Part shown: one piece after another, positions 46,900-54,500 of the stretch
How the letters are laid out: the number at the start of each line of letters is the position of its first letter
Numbering within the stretch: position 1 is the stretch's first letter
Source of the DNA: Bacteroidales bacterium
Lineage (GTDB): Bacteria > Bacteroidota > Bacteroidia > Bacteroidales > VadinHA17
Direction: 5' to 3'
NCBI GenBank assembly: GCA_012519515.1
Contig: JAAYQC010000085.1
Coordinates: forward strand, 1-57,866
Length of the DNA: 57,866 nt
Position numbers and translations under genes: made by a program
Notes under the pieces: model-generated
Told to the model about the DNA's origin: nothing
What the model saw: only the letters and a program-made list of their open reading frames with translations
The model's database searches: none

Positions 46900-48426
46900 T
46901 TATCTCAGCAAATTGTTTTCCTGGTCGCCCAGTACGACATAAGCTATTACGTAAATATCTCCACTGAGTCCGTTAACCGTAAAGGTATCGGTCGTAGCTC
47001 CGCCAAGTCCTGCATGAACGTGGGGATAGTCTGCCGGATCGACTGTGTAATCGCCATCAACTACCGGAAGAATGTCGTTGCCAATGTACATGCGTGCTTC
47101 GCTGATCTTATAATCTCCGATCATAGTGATGACAGCTGTTGCAGTTCCGTCGGAGTACTGCATTTTAATGTATCCCACTTTCGTTGCCCCTTCAACATCA
47201 CAACCGTCAACATTGGTCCACAGTTCGTAGTGTGAGGTGAATTCTTCATTTGGTGCCAGGGCGCCATTGGTCCATCCCCACTGATCAAATCCATACTCTG
47301 CAAATTCCTCTCCGAGGAAGCAATGCACCATCGGTTCGTATGTTTTCCTTGCAAAGGCGATCATTGGTTTTTCCTCCTCATCCGGTTCTTCAACAAAGAT
47401 CTCCCTGAGAGCTGTACTGCAGTCGTTGGCATCGGTAATAATAACACTGTAGACACCCGGACCGAGTCCGCTGAGGTCCTGGGTTGTGGCGTCATTGTTC
47501 CAGAGATAGTTGTAGGGCGGTGTTCCGCCTGTAACTGTTACATCAATGGCTCCGTCGTTGGCTCCATAAGACGAGATTTGGGTTACAACGCTTGATGCAC
47601 TGATTCCTGATGCAGGCTGGAGTACCATTATCGTATCCAGGACAAACATACACTGGGCAGCATCATAAATTGTAACTGAGTATTCGCCTGCCGGAATGTT
47701 CTCAAGGTCTTCCGTTGTAGCTCCGGTGTTCCACATAAAGGTATAGGGAGCGGCTCCGCCGCTTACGGTCACATCGATATTGCCGGTTGAAGCGCCGAAG
47801 CACTTAACATCGGTCACGACTGCTGAAGCTGAAAGGTCGCATTCTTCTTCTTCTTCACAACATTCGATTTCATAGTATATAGTACCGAACCATGGACCTC
47901 CGGTAACCGGCCTGGATATTGTTCCTCCGTATGCAGTTTCACCTCCGGTGGCTGCATGAGCCTGGATCCATATTCCTTTTCCGCATTGAAGGTCTTCATT
48001 CAGGGGAATGGCAAAAGTATAGGAATGAGTGCCGTCGGCAAGGTTTTCGACCTTATACGGAGCCTGACCGGGGGAAAGTCTGCCTGTAGGGGCTGAGTCG
48101 AGAATGAAGAGATGAAGCTCATCCAGATCCCAGTTTTCATCAGAATTATAGGTTACATAAAGGAATCCGGCATCATTCGATACGACAACCGTTCCCATCG
48201 TTGTATGCTGACCTGCGGTCAGCGGGAAAGTTTGCGACTTGCATGTATCGGCTATGCCTTTTCCGGGAGAGTAATACCCTTCGAAGAAAGCCTTTTTATT
48301 AGGGGAAACTGCACTGACGGGATCAATACCAAGCATTGAAAGGCCTGTATCATCATCAGGTTTAGAGCATCCTGCCATAGTTAACAGGATTAATAGAACT
48401 GCAAAATACCAGTTTTTAACTTTCAT
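46900..48426 (-). CDS. Lipoprotein with two SprB-type repeats
   Basis: ATG 48426 gives MKVKNWYFAVLLILLTMAGCS. There are two ~75-aa repeats (V.CFGASTGNIDVTVSGGAAPYTFMWN.GATT.DL..I.AG.YSVTI.DA..C, and a second copy with GANDGAIDVTVTGGTPPYNYLWNN). I saw no T9SS CTD. Confidence 0.7.
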   Translation of the reverse strand: MKVKNWYFAVLLILLTMAGCSKPDDDTGLSMLGIDPVSAVSPNKKAFFEGYYSPGKGIADTCKSQTFPLTAGQHTTMGTVVVSNDAGFLYVTYNSDENWDLDELHLFILDSAPTGRLSPGQAPYKVENLADGTHSYTFAIPLNEDLQCGKGIWIQAHAATGGETAYGGTISRPVTGGPWFGTIYYEIECCEEEEECDLSASAVVTDVKCFGASTGNIDVTVSGGAAPYTFMWNTGATTEDLENIPAGEYSVTIYDAAQCMFVLDTIMVLQPASGISASSVVTQISSYGANDGAIDVTVTGGTPPYNYLWNNDATTQDLSGLGPGVYSVIITDANDCSTALREIFVEEPDEEEKPMIAFARKTYEPMVHCFLGEEFAEYGFDQWGWTNGALAPNEEFTSHYELWTNVDGCDVEGATKVGYIKMQYSDGTATAVITMIGDYKISEARMYIGNDILPVVDGDYTVDPADYPHVHAGLGGATTDTFTVNGLSGDIYVIAYVVLGDQENNLLR

Positions 48427-48813
48427 GTTTTTTTTACTTTTTATTTGGTTTAACATATTATTTAATATGCGGCATCATCAGGCCAGGAAAAACCTGTGAT
48501 TGAATTCAACATCTCTTTCCCTTAACCATCTGCGAAGGGCTTTGGAAATCTTGCGGCACCTTATTATTACTGTACCGGTCTCCTCTGACGAAATTTCATA
48601 ATGTGTTCTCATGGCTGTCTGGTTTTAAGTTAAAAATTGTATGGTAAAATTAACACTCAAAAAGCTTCGTGTCAATACGCAGAAGCCCACTACATGGGGT
48701 TTTGCGGTTGTTTTTAAAAACCATTCATCAGCTTTTAAAAGCCGGTCATGGGAACAGCCCGGATAGTTCACAGGGATTAAGCGGCCGTTCGTCAAAACGG
48801 AGGCCATATTTAC

Positions 48814-48848
48814 AAAAAAAACCACCCCGGAAGGTGGCTTTTAGTATT
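48814..48848. terminator. Weak bidirectional hairpin (A8-CCACC-loop-GGTGG-CTTTT)
   Basis: 5-bp GC stem at 48822-48826 / 48833-48837. An A-run lies upstream and a T-rich run downstream, so on the minus strand the hairpin is followed by T8. Confidence 0.4.
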
Positions 48849-49032
48849 TTATCGCATATAATTATCTGTGTTACTGAGCTTTACAATCAACAAGTCGGGT
48901 TAACGGGAAATTAATCAGGTTTTGACCAATGGCATGATTATTTAGACTTAAGAACCCGATTTTGGGCTTTTTGGAGTTCAAAATGACCTGGATCCGGTGT
49001 GCAAAACGTCAGATTTGCCAGCTGGTGAGCAG

Positions 49033-49100
49033 AAAGTGGAAAGTGGAAAGTGGAAAGTGGAAAGCAATACATAATACATCGCCTATAATACATAATACAT
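49033..49100. repeat. Heptanucleotide tandem arrays: (AAAGTGG)x4, then (AATACAT)x2 - 7 nt - (AATACAT)x2
   Basis: Perfect units at 49033-49060, 49066-49079 and 49087-49100. Everything is in register with period 7. Confidence 0.9.
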
Positions 49101-49158
49101 TGTTTAGACTTTCGCTAAAGTTTCATTTTAAGAGACCTTGCTCGACCTGCACGACTTT

Positions 49159-49182
49159 CCCCATGCCCTATGCCCTGTGCCG
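49159..49182. repeat. Heptamer array CCCCATG CCCTATG CCCTGTG, the reverse complement of the CACAGGG-type unit
   Basis: Three units at 49159-49179 plus CCG. The array lies 23 nt beyond the stop of the YdjC-like gene and is inverted relative to the arrays at 50233 and 51192. Confidence 0.85.
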
Positions 49183-49204
49183 TAAATAAGCTATATTATT
49201 TATA

Positions 49205-50140
49205 TTATATGGTATCGAATTTCACAAGTCGTACCTGAGATTTTTCCAGAGTCTTTTTTACATCCGGATCAGAAAGAACTTTTACTTCACCGGCTCTTCC
49301 TGGATGACACATTATTTCGGAGATTCCATTTGGTAATTGCATTATAATTGAATTCAAGTCACTCACACTTGCATTTTCAAAAAAAGAATCAATAAACCAG
49401 TCAGGCATTTTAATTCCTGCTTCATTATTAATTTTTTCCTGTTCAATAAATGCAGCCGGACCCATCACTTTCATCATCGGAAAAGATTTAAACGGATGAA
49501 GCAGGCCATAGACAATCATTTCTTTTGCCGCTGATGCTCCTCCACTACCCTTATTTACATTCATTTTTTTGTAAATGCTGTAGGGCACCGGATTTCTCAT
49601 GGGAACATTGTATTGCAGGCATATTTCTCTCATTACAATATGAAACGGAGTGTACAGTGCTGTTATATGATGATGGCAATTAATATGATCAAGAGGCACT
49701 TCTGAAGAAAGGAATAGTTTGACCTGTGCATTTAATTCTTTTCGGACATCCTCAATTTTTATGTCTGGCAGCTTAGACATTATTTGATCGGGTGAGAAAA
49801 AATTACCGTTTTTGTCTACAAGGCTGGGTATTTCACTCGCGGGAAGAAGCGATTTCCCTTCAGTGATATTCAAATGAATACCGATGGGCAAATCAGGATT
49901 TTCAGAATGAATACGTCTCAGTGCAGACACGGGTTCCGCAAAGGTTACAAAAGCACTGGTACTGGTAACAATACCATTTCGGTACGCGTCGATTATTGCA
50001 TTGCTTGTCTCATCGTTCATACAGAGATCATCTGCATTTACGATTATCAATTTGTCTCCGGATATAACTTTCGGTTGTATCTGTTTTGAACATGAACAGA
50101 AGATTGAAAGCATGATAATAGAAATGAATAGTTTATGCAT
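49205..50140 (-). CDS. YdjC/ChbG/HpnK-family carbohydrate deacetylase with a lipoprotein-type signal
   Basis: IIVNADDLCMNDETSNAIIDAYRNGIVTSTS (the metal-binding D region) and the later INCHHH are typical of the YdjC family. The N-terminus is MHKLFISIIMLSIFCSC. Confidence 0.75.
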   Translation of the reverse strand: MHKLFISIIMLSIFCSCSKQIQPKVISGDKLIIVNADDLCMNDETSNAIIDAYRNGIVTSTSAFVTFAEPVSALRRIHSENPDLPIGIHLNITEGKSLLPASEIPSLVDKNGNFFSPDQIMSKLPDIKIEDVRKELNAQVKLFLSSEVPLDHINCHHHITALYTPFHIVMREICLQYNVPMRNPVPYSIYKKMNVNKGSGGASAAKEMIVYGLLHPFKSFPMMKVMGPAAFIEQEKINNEAGIKMPDWFIDSFFENASVSDLNSIIMQLPNGISEIMCHPGRAGEVKVLSDPDVKKTLEKSQVRLVKFDTI

Positions 50141-50232
50141 AATATTATACTACACTTTGGTTAATTCTGCGAATTAGGGGTTGAATTTAATAAATACGCG
50201 GCTGCAATTATTCAAAAAATATGCAGAATTAA

Positions 50233-50309
50233 GTACAGGGCACGGGGCGCAGAGCACGGAGCAAAGAGCACAGGGCGAAAGAACGGCGTGCGGCACGCGG
50301 CATGCGGCA
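50233..50309. repeat. Eleven-unit heptamer array (GYACRGR-type units grading into TGCGGCA-type units)
   Basis: GTACAGG GCACGGG GCGCAGA GCACGGA GCAAAGA GCACAGG GCGAAAG AACGGCG TGCGGCA CGCGGCA TGCGGCA. The array ends 1 nt before the stop codon (50311-50313) of the lipoprotein gene. Confidence 0.85.
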
Positions 50310-50310
50310 A

Positions 50311-50988
50311 TCATTTTTTTGTCCAAAAATAGCCCTCAAAGATCTTTTTATATTGATTTGTCAGGACTTCTTGATCGAGTGGTTCCATGTCTTCCTTAAA
50401 TGACTTTCGATAGAATGCAACATTGTCTTCTTTTGAATCGACAATCATGGCATATATAGTCGAATAGGCTTTTATTGGAGTCTGATAATACATTCCCAAT
50501 GTTAATATACCAAGAGCAGCACCTTTTAGAATTTCTTTGCCATAGTTTCCTTTTACTCTGGTGAAACCTGCAGATATGATAATCAGCCCAAATCTTGTTT
50601 CATTTGCCTCCAATATTTTATCCAGGGTAGGTGTTATTCTGAGATTTGTAATGCTCTTGTTTCTATCAGCTGTCAGAATCAGTTCTTCGTATTCTTTCTC
50701 AAGAGTTATGTTGATTGCAGAGTCAGTCAGAAAAATATCCCCGGTGATTGGAATTTGCTCATCAAAGCTTTTTATAACATTGATATTCAACTGCTTTGAA
50801 ATTGCCGATATGCTGTCATCCAATTCTCCACTATTACCCTTCTTTATCATTGAGATATAGGAATAAGGCTCAAGTAGTTTAAGATTTGTAACTTCTGAAG
50901 GTTGGACATTGGATGTCAAAAGTTTGGTTGCAGTACAGGATGATAAAATAATGCAACTTAAAATTATAAAGATGGTACGTTGTTTCAT
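50311..50988 (-). CDS. Hypothetical lipoprotein (225 aa)
   Basis: MKQRTIFIILSCIILSSC lipobox-like signal and AT-rich codon usage. No family was recognised. Confidence 0.55.
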   Translation of the reverse strand: MKQRTIFIILSCIILSSCTATKLLTSNVQPSEVTNLKLLEPYSYISMIKKGNSGELDDSISAISKQLNINVIKSFDEQIPITGDIFLTDSAINITLEKEYEELILTADRNKSITNLRITPTLDKILEANETRFGLIIISAGFTRVKGNYGKEILKGAALGILTLGMYYQTPIKAYSTIYAMIVDSKEDNVAFYRKSFKEDMEPLDQEVLTNQYKKIFEGYFWTKK

Positions 50989-51025
50989 GAGTATATAATT
51001 TTTATTTCAATGGTCTGATAGCCTG

Positions 51026-51100
51026 CCCCGCTCAAGCGGGGGAACCCACATGTATGAAAATTATATTCATACGTGTTTGTGTATGCAATACATGTGGGTT
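51026..51100. other. Two stem-loops: CCCCGC-TCAA-GCGGGG, and a 13-bp inverted repeat AACCCACATGTAT / ATACATGTGGGTT
   Basis: Hairpin 1 is at 51026-51041. The inverted-repeat arms are at 51043-51055 and 51088-51100, separated by 32 nt. Both lie upstream of the lipoprotein gene start. Confidence 0.7.
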
Positions 51101-51191
51101 TCATCATAATTTAATTTTGATTTTAGTGGTATGATACCTGTAAGCTGGTCTTTTATATATTATATCTAACAATTCAAATATAAAGAAACAG

Positions 51192-51310
51192 GCACAGGGC
51201 ACAGGGCGCAGGGCACAGGGCGCAGGGCTCAGGGCACAGGGCACAGGGCGCAGAGCACAGGGCTCAGGGCGCAGGGCACAGAGCACAGGGCACAGAGCAC
51301 AGGGCGCATA
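51192..51310. repeat. Seventeen-unit heptanucleotide tandem array (consensus GCNCAGG)
   Basis: Units read in register: GCACAGG x2, GCGCAGG, GCACAGG, GCGCAGG, GCTCAGG, GCACAGG x2, GCGCAGA, GCACAGG, GCTCAGG, GCGCAGG, GCACAGA, GCACAGG, GCACAGA, GCACAGG, GCGCATA. Confidence 0.95.
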
Positions 51311-51541
51311 CAGTGGCATACTGTTCTTTATGTTGCAAGCTTCCTGGCTTATTATGTTTATCCTTGCCTATCTGTTCCATATTTCTAGTCTCAGCTTTGC
51401 TCCGGATTCTACTTGTGCTGCATCTTTTCCCCAAACAATGGGGGCTCAATCCGGATAACGACTCAGATGTATTAATTGTTGTCTTTTTTGTCAATGTCAT
51501 TTACAGCTTCGTCGTATTATAACGTGCTGCAAAAACCTTAC

Positions 51542-54500
51542 CTATTTCTCAAAATCCAGTTCTGGTAAAATAATCTTTGATTCCTTTTCTTTATCAGAAT
51601 CTTTCCAGTATACGATAAAATTAATCCTGGCTTTTTGTAAGTGATATCCCTGATCCTTAAGTTGAGAGATAATCTCATTAAATTTCTTTGAGAATTTTAA
51701 TACTATATCTCCTGTATTATCTGATAGACCTTCGTCCTTAATGCATAAAATATCACCAGGTATGAGACTGTTTATTTGGAATTGCCTGTACTCAAAAAAT
51801 CCAAGATTGACATCACTAAATGATAATTGCATGGTTATCTTTTCAGGTAATTCATAATTCTCACAATCAACAAGAGAAACTAATCCATCTGCCTGAAATG
51901 TGTCAAAAAAGTTACTGTTATGATGGATAAACAGATTTTGTCTGGCTCTGGTCATTGCAACGTATACAATACGCTTGTTTTCATCACTTGACAGGTCGCA
52001 ATTCTCGAGCATAATAAAAACATTATCAAACTCTTTGCCTTTCGCTTTGTGTATTGTTGATACAAAGATTGTCTCTCCATCTTCCCTTTGAAAATCTTCT
52101 AATTTTGATTCACGTATAAATACTTCTAAATCAGAAAAATATTTTATCCTGGTATTTGTGGATTCGAAGTCTCTGATAATGTTTTTACAGATTTCCCATT
52201 TTGAGCTATTGTCAAATCTTCTGAATAACTCTGATTTACTTCTTTCCCATTTTTTATCACTAATTGAAGGTGAATCATCCGTTGATTTAAGGGTGTCAAG
52301 AAAACAACGGACTTCTAAAAGATTATACAAATTGAATCCGTCATTAGTTTGGATCAGCTTAGCCTTGAATCCATTCTTTATAAGCAGACCTGTAATATTT
52401 AAAGCTTCTTTATTTGTCTGTGTCAATATGCATGTAGTACCTGAGAGGTCAGTCGAAATAATGTCATTTACAGTAGGAACTATCAGATTATTACTTTGAT
52501 ATTTAACAGTTTTGATAATCCCATTTTTCTTGTCAGATGCAACAATCGGCAATGTTTTTAATCTATGTTTTATTGTCTTGACAAATTGATTAGAGAATGT
52601 AACCAGGTTGCTTTTACTTCGAAAATTATCAAAGAGCTCATATTTTTTTGCTTTCTTTTCAGTGATAAACTTCCCCATATAAACAGAATCCGCCCCTCTG
52701 AATGTAAAAATGTTCTGATCATCATCACCGACAGCCAGCACTCTCATATCTTCATTTTCTTCTATAAGTTCATTAATCAGATTATACTCATGCACATCCA
52801 TATCCTGAGCTTCATCAATTACAAGAACCATTTTTGATATACGGCTCTGTTCAACTTCATGATTTTTAATCTTTTCAATAGTAGCATTAATTATCTCATC
52901 AGATTTTTCGATACTGCCAACTTTTCCCAATAAATCAAAACAGTAGGAATGGAATGTTTTGATTTCGATAAATCTTGCCGCATTGCCATAAAGTTCTATC
53001 AATCTTTTCTTGAATTCTGTTGCAGCTGCTCTTGAAAAAGTGAGCATTAAAAGTTGTTCGTGCTTAATGTCCTCCATCAGAAGCAGGGAAGCAAGTTTGT
53101 GAACCAGCACTCTTGTTTTTCCGCTCCCGGGACCGGCTGCAATAACTATGTATTTGGATTCTTTATCATTAATAATTGCCAATTGAGCAGTGGATAGTGA
53201 TCCGAATAACTGCCTGAATTTTGCCGGAGTTAAATTTCTATTAATATCATCAAGACGGCTTCCCTTAAAGTATTTGCTGAGAAAAACAGGATAGTTTAAT
53301 TTAAAATAGTCATCCACAAATTGCAATGCTCCGCGATAATCTTCCAGCATTTTCTTCGCATACTCTCCAACAATGTGTATCTGCTGCACTTTGTTCTTGT
53401 AAAACTGATCCAGCTTTTGATAATCCTCTTTTTTATACTGAGCTTTAATATTTTGTTCGACCCTCTCGATCGTCATTGTGTTATATATAACCAGGAATCC
53501 TCCTTCAATTTTAATTGCTTCAATCCTGGATAAATAGAATAATGTATCTTCAATATCATCTGTTGTAACTTCAAATTTGAATAGTTCAAGACTCTCCTTA
53601 TATGCTTCCTGTAGTTCAATAACTGAAAATTCTATCAATACCTCTTCCGCGTTTACATCTGCATTATTGTCAATTTTTCCATAAAGAAATTCAACGATGA
53701 ATCTTGCAAGAGAATGTCTCTTTTTTAATTTTTCCTGTAACTCATCTTTAGGTTGGATGCATTGGATGACGACATGGTTTTTTGAGTTCTTCAGATTTTG
53801 TCTTTTAATCCAATTCTTAATCGCCCAGAAATTGATAATGGTTTTAAATTTATTGGGCGTAACATGCTGGCAACCCGCTTCAATAGCTTTCTCATTCAAT
53901 TCCTTGAGATGATATGTCTTTTCATTTTCTTCCAGTTGCTGAAGGAAAAATTCTTCTATTTGTCGATAAGTTTCAGCAATTGATTTTGACCGGTTTACAA
54001 GGTCTCCTTTTTTTATAAAAGCGGTCAGGTCCCTGGTGTCTGCCAGGATCTTCTCTTCGCGAAGTAAAGTAATTATTTTAATAACTTCTTCCTTTACAAT
54101 ACCAAGGTGATCAGATATATAATCAATTCTGGATTCAGCAACTTCGTCATTGGAGTGTCTTTTGCTTTTGCTTGAAATTAGTTTTTTTATTATCCTGATT
54201 GCTTTTATTTTCTGCTTTTCACTGAACCGTTCTGAAGAGTTGATTTTGTCAATTGCTTCCTGTGCATTATTTGTCAGGATACTATTTGCAAAAATATGCG
54301 GTACATTTTGACCCCGTTTCAAGTAACCTGCCTCTTCGAGTGCAGAAACAGCAGTTTTAACGCGTGTTTCAATTTCAGTTATTCCTTCATCCCAGCCAGC
54401 CTTGCGGGCAATCTCCAATGCAGAATTGGATGCAGTCGACCGGAATCTGGTAATCCCTTTAATGGCTTTCCAGACCTGTTTTATCTCCTTGATACTTAAT

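Noticed and set aside
48620-48850. Possible known structured RNA (SRP/4.5S, 6S or tmRNA-like), considered because of the CCGGAAGG-containing hairpin
   Set aside because: I could not find the conserved SRP domain IV context or other diagnostic motifs on either strand. It needs an Infernal/Rfam scan and is left as an unexplained region in the findings.
48962-49189. 75-aa + strand ORF
   Set aside because: It is a translation across the (AAAGTGG) and (AATACAT) heptamer arrays and is not coding.
49033-51310. Possibility that the short-repeat arrays are CRISPR
   Set aside because: The units are 7 nt and directly abutting, with no spacers. No cas genes are in the window.
51104-51500. Minus-strand ORFs 51104-51319 and 51264-51500, with PCAL-rich translations
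   Set aside because: They read through the 7-nt period array. A period of 7 is incompatible with a conserved coding repeat, and no start context is visible. The 69-aa + ORF at 51313-51522 is likewise unsupported.
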